This document shows, in pieces, positions 38,721 to 52,780 of a DNA stretch of 64,000 bases (position 1 is its first letter; each line of letters begins with the position of its first letter). Source of the DNA: Octopus vulgaris (taxonomy: Eukaryota); the NCBI GenBank assembly GCA_951406725.2, contig OX597822.1, forward strand, positions 86,304,001 to 86,368,000. The letters are read 5' to 3'. The notes under the pieces were generated by a model. The model was not told the origin of the DNA and did not search any database. It was given only the letters and a program-made list of their open reading frames with translations. Position numbers and translations under genes: made by a program.

Positions 38721-39590
38721 TGCTCTTTCCTCTAATACCACCACTCAGAGCTGGTGATTAAGTGGATGTGAGATGATTCATCCCATGGATAGGATGTTGC
38801 TCTACGGTAGGTACTTCACCAATCAAAGAGATTGAACTAAACACAGCAGACCCCAAATATATCAATTCCACAAAACTGCTGATCCTTACAGTAATGGTTT
38901 CAACTACTCATTTTACCCATTAAGGGTTACATGAATTTGGCTGATAAAAAAATCTAAGTCTCTTTGATGTTTGAATATGATACAGTACCATGTATATCAT
39001 CATCATCATCCTTATTCTTACTCTTGCCAACTGCTAATTGGTTTTAGAAATGAAATCCATTATATCCCTACAATTCTCTAAAAGTAAGGCTGTTATCCAT
39101 GGTGACACAGAAAATCATGGCAGATGATTTGTGAAGGAAAAACAGAAGTGACCAAGTCTTGACAACAAAGCTAACAACTGGTGGACAACATTTGAAGAAA
39201 AGATGATAGAAAACATCAGTAGATATGGCAGGCTACAAAAACCTCTTGAGAATCAAGATAGAGACCATAAGGGACACTTTAAGTAAGAGAGGAAAGAAAC
39301 ATTAAAATATACACTCAGTACAAATGGCTAGGTTCAACACTGCTAATTTTCATGACTTAAATGTTGTCAAGAGATAGTAAAACATAACAACTGATGTGAA
39401 GTGTTGTCGTTTGGTAAGGAGGCTGGAGTTTAGTTCTTGGATCAGTGAAATACTCTGTTTTAAGCAGAAGAATAATTGATAGGAAAAATATTCTGGGTAT
39501 GAACAACAGGATTAGAACAAATGATGACATGGAGGTACCCTACATGCCCACAGAACTTAAAATCATGTGGAGCTGAATCAGATTGTTATT

Positions 39591-39621
<31 letters not shown>

Positions 39622-39784
39622 GATCGGTAGCCACTACACACATTTTTTTTCCTCTCCTTGTTTCTTTCTGTGGAAGAGTGTAGGCTCAAAACGTTAAAAA
39701 CTTTTTCAATTCCTGAGCATTATACTAATATATCTGTTTTTCTACACCACCTGTCTTTGTCTTTTGTTTTTTTCGTGAATTCTC

Positions 39785-39821
<37 letters not shown>

Positions 39822-40085
39822 CTTTTATCTTTTACTTGTCTTAGCTATTAGATTGTGGCCATGCTGGGGCACCGCGCCTTGAAAACGTTTTGTTGAATGA
39901 ATTGACCCCAAGTCTTTGTTTTAAGCCTGGTTTCCTATTTTATCAGTCTCTATTGCTGGACTGCTAAGTTACAAGGACATAAACACACCAACACTGACTG
40001 TCATGTGGTAGTGGTGATGGATAAACACTAACATATATTTATATATGCTTCCACTACTATTCAAAGAACAAAATTAAGGGCTTAC

Positions 40086-40185
40086 CTCCAAGGTAACATT
40101 TGCTTCTTCAAAAGCCTTCTCCACAACACCTGCAATATGTTGCTGATGAAGTTTTTGAGCAATTGGAGGAATTATTCCTCCAAGC
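40086..40185 (-). CDS. OSGEPL1: OSGEPL1 exon 2 (LGGIIPPIAQKLHQQHIAGVVEKAFEEANVTLE)
   Basis: GGI-x-P...H motif; cag and gtaagc sites. Confidence 0.95.
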
Positions 40186-41659
40186 CTGAAACACAAAAAT
40201 AAATACACTAAATAAAGAATTCTATTTCACTTACCTGCTTTAAAATACTGTATTCCTAACCCTTATATATATTTATATATACACACACGTGTGTGTGTGA
40301 ATCATCATCATCATCGTTTAGTGTCTGTTTTCCATAACCAACCTTTGCTGCTCCATACTATTAGGCATCCCCTACTCCCACCCCCACATATTCCTATCCA
40401 CCTCATACCCTGAAGGTCCACCCTTAAACCACACCACCACATTTTTTATCACTTTCCAGACCCATCAAATCATCCCTACCCTCTCTTTTAAGATATGAGT
40501 GGTCAGCAGTTCCTCTCCACCAAGGAATCCAATCTGCTCCAGCCCTTTTCTCTCATACTCTACCATACACTTTTGTATGCTTGCATGGGTCAGACAGATT
40601 TTCTGCCTTTTTATATACACAAACATATTTGCATATTGATACACACTAACCATGTATCTCCTCTACAGAAAGATACCCGTTTCTGTTCCTTTCATCACCT
40701 GGTACAAAGCTATCTTCCTCAAGATACTTGGTGACCTTAATGGTGAGGGTACCATGCAAAAAAAGCACCCAGTACATTGTGTAAAGTGGTTGGCATTAAG
40801 AGCATCCAGCTGCAGAAACCATGCCAAAGCAGACAGTAGAGCTTAGTGCAGCCCTCTGGCCTTGCCAGATCCTGTCAGACCATCCAACCCATGCCAGCAT
40901 AGAAAATGGACATTAAATAATGATGCTGATACATATATACATACACACATGGCACCTGTACAGGTGCTTTTTATGTGGTGTTATGCAAAAAAGCACCTGT
41001 GTTGGCACTGCATAAAGAAGCACCCTGTATATTCTATAAAGTTGCTGGCATTAGGAAGGGTATCCAACCATAGAAACTATGCCAAAACAGACAACTGCAG
41101 CTTGATGCAGCCCTCTAGTTTGCCAGCTCCTGTCAAACTGTTCTATCCAGGCCAGTATGGAAAATGGACATGAAGTGATGTGTAGGATGTGCAAGTGTGT
41201 GGTTGGGGAGGGAGATGTAGTGACAGAAATGGAAATGAGAGGGACTTAAGGGTGGCTAGGGTGTTGAGAATAATAAGTAGATGTGAAAGGTGTTGAAGGT
41301 GAGGTGTGACAGACCTAAAGATGTAGGTCAGAGGAGGGGGAGAGATTTCTGAAGGCACAGAAAGGGAGGGTTCAGAGGAAAATAATATAGAAAAGGATGA
41401 GAATGAAAATTAAAACTGGATGTTAATAGGAAATGATTGCAGAGTGTGGTGAGGAGAAGAGAACTGGTAGGGAAAAGGGTATAGAATATGTCCTGATTCT
41501 GCATTTAAACGATTACAATCATTGAGTACAGCCATAATTAGACAAGTGATGGTGGGATGGGTGTTAGGAAGATGTAGGAAATGCCTGAAAGGGTAAGGTT
41601 GGTTGTAGAAAGAGGCCCCAGAAAGTTCAAGCATAAATATATTTTTAAGACCACACTTT

Positions 41660-42796
41660 CACTGTGATGAGCAGGTCTTCTCAAATACAGTGAATTGCTA
41701 ATTATCTTGGTCCTCTATTATCTTTTCTGTGAGGCTTAACATCTTAAGATCAGTCTTCACTACTTTGCGCCATGTCTTCCTCTTCCTCAAGTTCCATCCA
41801 CTTCTTTATGCAGCTTTCCTCTAGCATATGCATCACATGACCAAACAAGTGCAGTTTTCTTTCTTGCACACTACATTAGACTCTTCTTATGCCAAATTTT
41901 TGTCTTTGTACATTAACATTTTGTCATATATAAAAAGGGCTGTTGCACATCCAGCAGAGCATATTGGCTTCATTCCTTTCTAATCTTTGCATTTAGAGCC
42001 CATGCCTCACTACCTTACTGCCATGTAGTATTCCTGTTCGTAGGATGAGGACAGCTGTGTGAAGAAGTGCCACTCCCCAACTGTAGAAGAGGTAAACCCA
42101 GGAAGACATGGGATGAGGTGGTGAAGCATAATCTTTGAACATTGGGCCTCATGGAAGCAATGACAGGAGATTGAGACCTTTGAAGACATGCTGTGATTGA
42201 GAAGACCTGGCAACTAAAGTGAAATCATAGCCATGCATGTCCAACCCAGTTAAGAATACCCTTGATGTGTAGTGCAATATGATATGCTTGAGAAGACCTG
42301 TTGAGTCAAATAAAACCAATATTGTAGCTGGGGCATGTAAAATGTACTATCCATACGTGGTTGATGCCAGTACCCTGACTGGCTCCCGTGCCAGTGGCAC
42401 ATAAAAAGCACCATCTGAATGTGGTCGATGCTAGTACCCGCTGACTGGCTCCCATGCTGGTGACATGTAAAAAGCACCATCTGTATGTGGCTGATGCCAG
42501 TACCCCTGACTGGCTCCCGTGCCGGTGGCATGTAAAAAGCACTATCCAAATGTCATCAATGCCAGGCCTGCCTGACTGGCACCTATTTTTTTCTCTAAAC
42601 TTGTTGCTGTACTTTTGGCTATCACTCTTGTAATGGCTTGCATAACTTTCCATCTGCCTACATCTGACTTCCTCAGAGACCACCAAATCATAGAGTGAGG
42701 GGCTCTTCAGACTGACAAATTCCAAGTACTATGGCTTGCTTTTAGCTAAATGCTTCTGCAATTGTCTTACTAGGAAAATGATATTAATAGTACTTC

Positions 42797-42836
<40 letters not shown>

Positions 42837-43352
42837 GCTGAGAGATGGGTATGGTAGACATGTAAAGGCATGGAGTGTGTGAAGGGCCTTCAGTGGGTGG
42901 TGGTGGTGGAGTTTTGCCAGAATTGTGTGTCAGAGGAAGTGGCGTATGCCTGTATGCATACATGATCATGATTTTATTTAGCTTTACATGTCTTCTCAAG
43001 CACAACAAATCACTAGTTGCCATCACCTCTGTGAGGTCCAACACTTGGAGATCTTTTCTCACCACTTTGTCCCACATCTTTCAGGGTCTACTCTTTCCAT
43101 AGGTTCCCTCCACTTCTTTATGCAGCAGTCTTCATCCATAGGCATCACATGACTATACCAGTGCAGTCTTCTCTCTTGCACACTACATCTGACACCTTTT
43201 ACACCCAGGTTTTTTTCTTAAAACATTTACACTCTGTCGTACATGCACACTGACACTGTACATCCAGTGGAGCATGCTGGTTTCATTTCTTTCAAGCCTT
43301 CATATGTCCTCTGTAGTCACAGCCCATGTTTCATTGCCATATAGCATAGCTG
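41660..43352. mobile_element. Cluster of RTE 3' fragments in alternating orientation (- 41660-42010, + 42040-42580, - 42970-43352)
   Basis: Same RT C-terminal and tail sequence as the 8-10 kb copies. The + copy has about four 60-bp internal tandem units (taaaaagcacc). Confidence 0.75.
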
Positions 43353-43523
43353 TTTTAATTTGAATTAATTTATTATGTATTTTTAATTACATAATTATGG
43401 AATTAATGATGTTTATTCCTAATGAATCAACTGTTGAAAGTAATTAAATTATGAACTATTTGTGAATTTTGTACTTTACTGATTCTTATTCTAAATATAT
43501 GTTACTCTTAAGGATTACTTTAA

Positions 43524-43741
43524 CCCTTTTGTTACCAACCCGGCTGAAACCAACTCTGACTCTGTAGTACAAATGTCTTGTTTTCATAAGTTTTGAATTA
43601 AAATCTTCCACCAAACCTTAGTCACAATTAATGTTCCTAACACTAGCTGAATAACTAAGTTACTTTACTAAATTCTTTGTTATATCTAAAATAACTGAGA
43701 GAAACACAGAGCATCTCAACAGAAATATAGTAACAAAAGGG
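43524..43741. mobile_element. piggyBac-type MITE
   Basis: TTAA|cccttttgttac ... gtaacaaaaggg|TTAA, i.e. a 12-bp TIR and TTAA target duplication. Confidence 0.85.
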
Positions 43742-45262
43742 TTAATAGATTATGGACATGCACAGAAGACAGTTTCACCTGGATTTGCTGCAAAGTTATA
43801 AAATTTTGGGGCTTAATGACCTTTTATTAATTGAGCTCTTGATTATCAGAGATATATTTTTTGATGTTTTATACATCATCATTTTAGCTGGCATGGATAA
43901 AATGGAATTCCCGGTTTATTTTAACAGCTTTTTTTTTTTTGATAATCTTGTTTTATAATATCCAACATTCTGAAACACATATAATTCACATTTTAAGCAT
44001 AATTTTTTTCAAACTTCTCCCCACCCCTCATCATTCAACATCTGCTTGCCATGGTAGCCAGGGCCAGATGGTTTGACAGGATCCAACAAACTGCAGGGCT
44101 GTGCAGAGTTCTAGTGTCAGCTTTGGCATGTCATCTACAGGTGGATGTCCTTCCTAATGCCAACCACCTTACAGTATGTACTGGGTGCCTGTTTTTCTGG
44201 CACCAAATAACTTGCAAGACATGGAAGGAGAACAGGCATAAAGGAAAAAGCTCTTCTAAATGAGGAAGGGGTAGTATCCGAGGGGTTGAGGTGGCTTTAT
44301 GCCAAGTTTTGAAAGGCTAAAGTATGACAGAGGGATAAGTACAAGTGTCTTGCTATGGAGGAGATACATGGCAACCCCACATTATATAAGGGGAGATGGG
44401 AGAAGCTGGGAAGGAAAGCAGATAGGTAGTGATGGAATGTCAGAGCAAACTCTCAAGATACAAGGAGGTGAGCATAAGAGAGGTCAGGGAAGTGGAGAGA
44501 GTGGATACTTTCATAAGTGTATGAAGTCAGAGTGACAAACCGTTAGAGATGGGGGTAGCTGAGACATGGTTGATAGGTAACCTCAGTATGGAGAGGTGGT
44601 AAGGTGAGAGGCATAGCAGTGGCTCAGGAAGGAGGAGAGATGAGAAGGAAGGGATGACATGTAAGGTCTAGGAGTGGTGAGAGAAATGCAAGGGTACATA
44701 AAGGTGATTTGAGTGAGTGAAGCATGATGGCAGATATGAGAGGTGTTAAACAGAATAGAATAGAAAAGAAAATTGAAGGCACAGAAAGGTAATTGGTGAA
44801 ATAATGTGGTGGGTGGAGAAGGGAGGGTAATGGAAAGGAAATAACAGGGGGGTGCAAAGAAATGGGGGTATTATGTGCTGATATTGCCCTCAAGTGATTA
44901 CAGCCACTAGAAAGTACCATAGACAGAAGAGTGATGGAAGGCTGGGTGTCAGGGAAATGCTTGATGGAGCAGAATGGCTCACAAGTATAAACAATGTTTT
45001 AGGACATCATTTTTGCTGTGGTGAACAGGTCTTCTCAAGCACAGTAAATCATTAATCATCTGTCCTTTGTCATCTCTTCTGTGATGCTCAGCATCTTAAA
45101 ATAAATCTTTTTCTTTTCAAAAATCCATGTTTTCCAAATTTCTTATCTCACCTTCCATCATTTGGCACAAAAATTAAATAAATTTAAGTTGTTCATAGTC
45201 ACTGGAGCTGTGACTTACACAAGTGAAAGTGTGAAAAACAAAATTAGTATTTTCAAATAACT

Positions 45263-45750
45263 ATCTTGAGAAGACCCGGCAACTAAAGTGAGATCGCAGC
45301 CATGGCCGATGCCAGTGTTGTATGTCTGGCCCATTTAAGAGTACCCTTGATGCGTCGGGTGATATGATATGCTTGAGAAGACCTGTAAAGTAAAACCAAA
45401 ATCGCAGCTGTGGCCAGTACCCCATAACTGGCTCCTGTTCCAGTAGCACGTAAAATGCATCTTCTGAACATGGTTGATGGCAGTATTCCCCCTGTCAGTC
45501 GCATGTAAAAAGCACCATCCGAACTTGGTTGATTACAGGTTCACACAACTGGCTCCCGTGCCGGTGGCACATAAAAAGCACCCACTACACTCTCAGAGTG
45601 GTTGACGTTAGGAAGGGTATCCAGCTGTAGAAACCTTGCCAGATCAGATTGGAGCCTGGTGCAGTTGCTGACTCTCTAGACCTCTGTCGAACTGTCCAAC
45701 CCATGCCAGCATGGAAAATGGATGTTAAATGATGACGATAATGATGATGA
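45263..45750 (+). mobile_element. RTE 3'-tail retroelement
   Basis: cttgagaagacc...ggttgacgttaggaagggtatccagctgtagaaacc...(ATG)n tail. Confidence 0.75.
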
Positions 45751-46164
45751 TATCTATAAAAGGATAATTTTCATTGGTTGAAATGTAGAAAAGATATTTT
45801 TATTTTAGGAAAACTAGAACGGAGCAAACCCTCAGTTGCTCTCCCCTCTATCAAAGCAGCTATTTGTCACCACAGAACCTTTTTCTAACTAAAATACCAC
45901 ATTTCCACTTCCAACTGCTTTTCTTTCTCCATATTTTCTAATTAATTCAATATTTCTTTCTTGGGAGTGGGGTGGTTGTTGAGAAATATCGATGCTAGTA
46001 ACTTGGTGTCTTGATGTGAAGGAGAACCAATCCACAACTTTGTCTTGCTGGAGAAATGAAGAAAACAGCATGTAAAATTCAATATGATAGGAATTTATTA
46101 TTTCTATTTGTTGTTGTATATCTTATTTGTGACAGCCATTCTGAAACCCCTCATATATATATAT

Positions 46165-46825
46165 AATGGACTCTCCCATCATTAGATGACATATGAGGGT
46201 TCAGCAATTTCTTGCCAAACAACCACACAGATGGTTTACTCTTTACTCGTTTCAGTCATTTGACTGCGGCCATGCTGGAGGACCGCCTTTAGTCGAGCAA
46301 ATCGACCCCAGGACTTATTCTATCAGTCTCTTTTGCCGAACCGCTAAGTGACGGGGACGTAAACACACCAGCATCGGTTGTCAAGCAATGCTAGGGGGAC
46401 AAACACACACACATACATATATATATATACGACAGGCTTCTTTCAGTTTCTGTCTACCAAATCCACTCACAAGGCATTGGTCGGCCCGGGGCTATAGCAG
46501 AAGACACTTGCCCAAGGTGCCACGCAGTGGGACTGAACCCAGAACCATGTGGTTGGTAAGCAAGCTACTTACCACACAGCCACTCCTGCGGTTTGTTTAT
46601 AATGATCAAATGTTTGTGTTTGCATAAGCTCACTCCCTCCATCAAATCAACATTACCTGTACAGATGCACCATGTGCCAAATGTCAGATGATGGAATGAT
46701 TGCAGAGCAACGTGAAATGAAGTGCTTTGCGCAAGACTACAACACGCAATGCCCACTCTGGGAATCGAACCCATGATCTTGCAATCATGAGTGCAACACC
46801 CTAATCACTAAGCTATACGCCTTCA
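46165..46825 (-). mobile_element. Nested SINEs: a younger SINE (about 46238-46590) inside an older one
   Basis: The outer halves rejoin to match the uninterrupted copy at about 33285-33575; ggttt flanks the insert on both sides. Confidence 0.7.
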
Positions 46826-46859
46826 CACACACATATTTTCCAAGACAATAGTTGACAGA

Positions 46860-47810
46860 GACTGGAGTTTCAGCTCACCTTCATCAAATGAAGTCACTCA
46901 ACCTTTTCCTGCCAAAAGTTAATATAAAATGCTATTAAAAAGTGTCGAGTAATCCTTCAGTTTAATGCGAATGTGCTTTTATATGGAGAGACATGGGAGG
47001 GTTAACAGCCTCTACTTGCCTACATCTTCAGTTTCAAAGGTCCCAGAGAAAGCTACAACCAATCTTAAGGAAAGATACCTCAAAAAGGAAGCAAAAGTGA
47101 AACCTGCCCTATGTTACAAGTAACAGAACAAGTATTATAATCTAGCAATTTGAGTGAGAACTTAACAGCTGGAGATGGCAGTTCAAAGAGGTGAGGGAAG
47201 ATGAGAGGAAACCCATAATGAACTTGCTTATAAAAGGAGCGTATAACACTGAAGATGGCTGAGTGAGAAAGGAAATGGCAGAAGGAGAGAACCAGGAAGC
47301 AATCTGTCTTTCGACCTCACCCAAGTGGGTTTATGAAACAATTGCTGCAAAGGCAAGATCAACATTCACCTCAGAGCCTAAGGCACAGAAAGACCTTGAG
47401 TAATCTTTCAACAGCAAATATGAAATTTGGAGCTCACTTGGAAAGAGATCCAGGATGGGGGTCAAGAAGGTAAGAATAAGTTCAACTCCAGAACTGGTGA
47501 CTCAGGACTTACACGAGTTTCGTGCCAGCCAATTCAGGCAGTTTAACAATATCTTGCCAAGCCCATCCAACTTGTTCTGCTGGGGAAAGTTGGAGTCATC
47601 TGCTTGACCCTTGTATGCAAGGAGAGGAACTCCAAAGCACATCCTCAGTTGCTGTACAAAAGCCCTGTACACTACAGCTACAGACATGACCAGGTTTCTG
47701 AAGGTCAAAAACTGACTGAAACAAGATTAGCCATTGCAAGTGCCACTGCCCAACAAAGAAGTTTATCACCTTTGTCAGGGCAGGCATGAAGATGTCAGCT
47801 GCTGGGTCTG
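46860..47810 (-). mobile_element. Decayed CR1/L2/Jockey-group LINE RT fragment
   Basis: Minus-strand remnants resemble the RT start (DGLGKILLNC) and later motifs (GVPQGSVL-like ...FLTQPSSVLYAPF). Many lesions. Confidence 0.5.
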
Positions 47811-47854
47811 ACACCTTGGGCCTACAACCAACAGTAAAAGACTGGCAGCCGAAA

Positions 47855-48858
47855 GTCAATGGTGAATGCGGAGGGTGTTCTACTGAACTTTTTTGTCCAA
47901 TCCACCTGTTTGGCAACATCTCATCAAAGTAGGTCCTTACATTACTGTGGTAGTGCCCCATCCAGCTGAAAATATAATTCCATATCTTCAAAGTCTTCCT
48001 GAATGCTTAGCATGACAGATTGTCACAGCAAGTTCAAGTAAATGGGACCAGTTTACCATAAAAAAAGAATGGTCCAGTAAATCCTGCACCATACCCTAAC
48101 TACTGGTAATTAACATGATGTTCCTCATAATATGCAGATTCTCAGGTCCTCACTAAGTGCAACTGAGGTGGTTAGACAATCTAATTTAAATGTAGTCTCA
48201 TCACTCCAAAGTATCTTTGTTGGAAAGTGTGCATCTTCTACACATCTGGCCAATTACCAAAAGTCTTCAGTCTGGATGCTTGAAAATGTGACAGACACTT
48301 GATTTTGGAATTCCTGTCCCATGACTCAATGCCACCCAAACTTTCTTGCTTTGTGGGGCTCATTGATGTTCACCATCTTCTGAAACAGTTCTTGTGGACA
48401 ATCTGACCAGTTCTGTCTGTTGCTAACTTATCTGTGATTTGAGTGAGAAGTCACAGAGATGGATCTGTCTAAACTTCCCTCTTAGTCTGTCTTTGCACTT
48501 TGACTGCATTTTCAAACTTTCAGAAGCACTTTAGGATAATTTTCTTGGTGCAAAATTTAGCCCGGCCCTCTTCATCATTTCTAATGGGTTATGCCAGACA
48601 AAATGCTTAGCAATATTTCTTTATGTTTTGAGTTCAAATTCCACCTAGGTTGACTTTGTCTTTCATCTTTTTTGGGGTGGATAAATATAATACCAGCCAA
48701 GTAAAAGGGGTGATGTAATCGACTAGTCCCCTCCGCCAAAATTTCAGGCCTTCTGCCTTTAGTAGAATAATTATTTCTAATGGGTTAAATCTAAAATGAA
48801 AAGAAAATTGAGTAATCAGCTGTTGAAGTGCATATACATTGTTTGGGATACCCTGTAC
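47855..48858 (-). mobile_element. Decayed Tc1/mariner-superfamily (rosa/DD41D-like) transposon with a SINE at about 48600-48770
   Basis: HYHSNVRTYFDEMLPNRWIGQKSSVEHPPHSP remnant; terminus tacagggtatcccaaacaatg on the minus strand. Confidence 0.7.
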
Positions 48859-51800
48859 ATAAATCTCTATAAATATACAAGCACCCAGCACACTCTGTTA
48901 AGTGGTTGGTGAGAGGAAGGGTATCCAGCCAAAGGAACCATACCTCAATAGACAGTTGGAGTTTAGAAAGCTCCCTGCTACCCAGCTCCATGTCAAACCC
49001 TCTGATTCACACCAGCATAGAAAACGGATGTTAAACGATGATGATGATGATGAAGCATAAACACAACTGGCAATAGGTGGTCTATGAATTGAGTACATAC
49101 AAGTATAACAGAATAAAAGTATAAACAGACCAGCTTTCTTTCTTTTTTTTCTTTAGGATTTATAACTCTTGTCACAATGCAACACGTTTGAGAAGATTTG
49201 TCAGGCAAGTGAAATCGTAGTTGTGGACAGTGCTGGGCACTTGTGACACATAAAAGGTACCCACTACATTCTTGGAGTGGTTGGTGTTAGGAAGGTCATC
49301 CAGCTGTAGAAACCAAACCAAAATCAGACTGGAGCCTGGTACAGTTCTCTGGCTTACCAGTTCCAGTCAAGCTATCTAACACATGCCAGCATGGAAAATG
49401 GACATTAAATGATGATATATATATATAATTGCCTGTTTATATTATAATTCTGTAATACTTATATACAGATGCTGGTGCCACATAAAAAGCACCCAGTACA
49501 TTCTGCAATGTGGGTGGCATTAGGAAAGGCATCCAGTCATAGAAACCATCCCAACACAGATAATTGGAGGCTGGCCAGCTCCTGTCGAATTGTCCAAACT
49601 ATGCCAGCATGGAAAGCGGATATTAACGATAATGATGATGATGACAGATATATGTACACACATATTATATTATATAAGGGTTGGTGGGAGTAGCTGGAAA
49701 GAGAGTTAAGGATGATGGTGACAAGGAGTCACGACGTATCCTCAAAGTACAAGAAGCTCAGTCATAGAATAGCGACAGTGAATGAGGAAGGATGGTGGGA
49801 AGTTCAGAGGAGTATGAGAGGTGAGTGACTAGTGGTTACAGATGAATGCAGAGAATGTTGAAAGAGGCCAAATATGTGGTGGATGGTAAATACCATCAAC
49901 ATCATTATTTGACATTCGCTTTCCATGCTGGCATGGGTTGGATGGCGTGACAGATTCCAATGGTCTATTTTGTCTGGATGCCCTTCCCAACACCAACCAC
50001 TTCACAGAGTGTACTGGGTGCTTTTTATATAGCACCAGCATGGGCACTCTCATTTTGCATGGATGCTTTTATGTGGCATCAGCACAGGTACTTCTTACAT
50101 GATACTAACACAAGTGCTTTTTATGTGATGGCAGTACCTGCAAGCCTTCAGGGGAAAGACCTCTCAGCTGAGAGAGGGACATAGAGGACATACCTGTATG
50201 CATGAACAGCTCAAACACAGCAATGTGCCAGCAGTCTCAGTCTTTTGTCATCTCCTCTGAAGATCCTTTCTCACTATTTTGTCCCACATCTTCCTGGGTC
50301 TACACCTTCCACGCATTCCCTCCATAATTAGTAGTGGGGTGGGGAGAGAAAGAAATAAACATAATTCAGGAGGGAGGTGATAAATGATATTATAGGAAGG
50401 ATGGGGAGCAGCAGTATGCAATTATAGTCAGATGAGAAATAAGCAGAGGGAGAGACAGAGAGGAGAGTGAGACACACACATATAGTCTGTTTCCCATCAA
50501 CATGGTTTCCGATTCATTCTCACTTCATGGCAGCTTGGGCAAGTGTCTTATACTATACACCAGGGCTGACCAAAGCCTTGTAAGTGGATTTGGTAGATGG
50601 AAATAGAAAGAAGCCCATTGTGTGTGTGTTGCTGTGTACTTGTCTTTATATCACGCGGTACTTGTAAACGAGTGTCACCGTCGTGCAAGTACTACCATTC
50701 GTTTCTGGCTATGAGGGAAATGTTAGCTTACTTGGAAACAGGCGGAGGTTGACGACAGGAAGGACATCTGGTGATAGAAAATCTGCCTCAACAAATTCTG
50801 TTTGCCCTATGCAAGCATGGGAAAGTGGACGTTAATTCGATGGTTATATATATGTGTGTGTATGCATAATCAGACAAACACAGGTATATCATATAACGTA
50901 CAACATAAATTCTTGATTTAAGATTATCTCCACTTCTAGATTTGGCATAAAGATCAAGTGGCAATTGAATCCAGTGCCATATGAGTCCTGCGTGGTTGTT
51001 CCTCTGTGTGTGCCTGTTCTGTTTTTATGTATTTGTGTTGTGGTCTGTAGATATAATGAAATTATGCCAACAATGTCGCATTTTAAAACTGAAGGAAAAA
51101 GCCTTGCATATTTATTCCTACCTGCTTTATGTTTCTATGTAAAATCCGTAAATTTTCAAGCAGAAAACAAAAAAAGAGAACGCCGTATCAGTTATTGTAG
51201 TCCATGTGGTTTTTTGTTTTAACCACTAAAGAGCAGAAATATTGTGACATGCACGGAGAAAAGGAGAGACTATACAATGCATTTTATGAAATTCATAAAA
51301 AACTTGTTTGAAGTTTAAATTAAACAGTATAATGCATTTTATGAAAATACATAAAAACAGAAAAGGCACAGACCCCCAGCGGAACAAGCACGCACAAGCC
51401 ATTAACTTTCTCTTCCCATGTCCATATGTCAAGTGACAGTTGACAAGAAAACACGTGGCCACGGAAACTGCCGTGTTCGGTGTTTACATTTTTCGAAGGC
51501 GATCCTTCAGGACGATAACATTTAAGCAAAATTTAGTTGAAGGGAAATACACGTTGAAAAAAAAAAAGAAAAAGAAAAGAAAAGCAAACACATCCCCCAA
51601 ATAACAGGTCTACGTCCCCAAAGGTTGATGCTAAACTGATTGTTACAATAGCATAAGTGTCAATTATTTTGAATCGAGCGCCAGACCTTTTCGTAACCTG
51701 ATAATTCATTTCCTTACTTCGATTTTGTTTAACGTTACGTTGGAGCGAAGGTCAAGGACATTATTAAAATAGAAATGTTTAACAAGATTCTCCCAGAACT

Positions 51801-52240
51801 TGTTCGGTGATGTTTCAACATTGTACATATTTGAAGGCTAAAAGGAACAAACTGCATTGACTGAAAGTAAAGGGCATACAAACATAACATTGTCAATAAT
51901 CAGCAATCAATAATAAAGGCACTAACCATAAAACGTAGTTGATTTATTTTATTTTGATATTTTTTGTGAGCTTTCGATTATAAAAATAACAGCTAACAAA
52001 AGAATAATAGGCTGGTTAGACTATTTTTTCTTTCATATCGCCAAACATTGCATATAAAAAAAAGAAGATAAAGAGCCGTGACCTATCACACTTTATTTTC
52101 CATCAAAGTATTTAACCTAGAAATACCTCGAAATACCAAAAACTATATTAACCGTGTGTTTAGGTTGTAACGGTCGGATTGTTTAGTACTAATAAAAATA
52201 AATATTATTATACTGACCATGCAGCAACTAGAGTACTTAC

Positions 52241-52551
52241 TCGATATGAGTACTAGTTTGTGAGTGAAGGGCTTCACCCCAAACGTGGCCCAGGTTGTCG
52301 ACCACGGCGGCCCCCGTGTCATCACAACTTGTTTCCAGGCCCAGAACAAGCAGTCGTTTACTTCCTGTATATTCGCCAAGTGGATGGAAAGGTCGAAAAC
52401 TAGAGTAATGTGAGATTGTTGGGTTATTATGGTATAAGGATCTGGATCGGCAACTATAATCTCTTCCAATGTTGTATCGTAAATGCAAGCATTGTTTGTA
52501 AACAAGAAAACACCGGACACGATGCAACATCGGACATATGGTCGCTGCCAT
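52241..52551 (-). CDS. OSGEPL1: OSGEPL1 exon 1: mitochondrial-presequence-like leader plus VLGLETSCDDTG
   Basis: ORF 52237-52551; ETSCDDT motif; R/S-rich, acid-poor leader of about 65 aa; gtaagt donor. Confidence 0.95.
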
Positions 52552-52780
52552 GATGTTGGTGTATTACCCACAATTCAACTTCCTCGAACCCAGAGAAAAA
52601 TTAATTAATCAATATTTAAAAAAATATTTTTCAGTTAACGAAGATTGAGTTAGAAATATTTTATCAATCAATAATAAAATAAAATAAATCCAGTTATTCC
52701 TTATTACAATTTTAAAGTGAGCCACTTTGTCCGTTGCCATAACGTGGCTACAATGTGCTGCTATTGACTTCACCCGGCTG
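52552..52780. promoter_or_regulatory. Compact bidirectional promoter / 5' UTR region shared by OSGEPL1 and GARS1
   Basis: Divergent ATGs are separated by 229 nt with an A/T-rich core. The surrounding 51-54 kb region is repeat-poor and CpG-enriched. TSSs are not visible from sequence. Confidence 0.75.

Noticed and set aside
42330-42580. Regularly spaced repeats resembling a CRISPR array
   Set aside because: Whole 60-bp units are similar to each other, with no unique spacers; they are the RTE tail tandem in eukaryotic DNA.
52727-52780. In-frame TTG as a non-AUG mitochondrial start, as in yeast GRS1
   Set aside because: An in-frame ATG at 52781 already supplies the leader; nothing supports TTG use.
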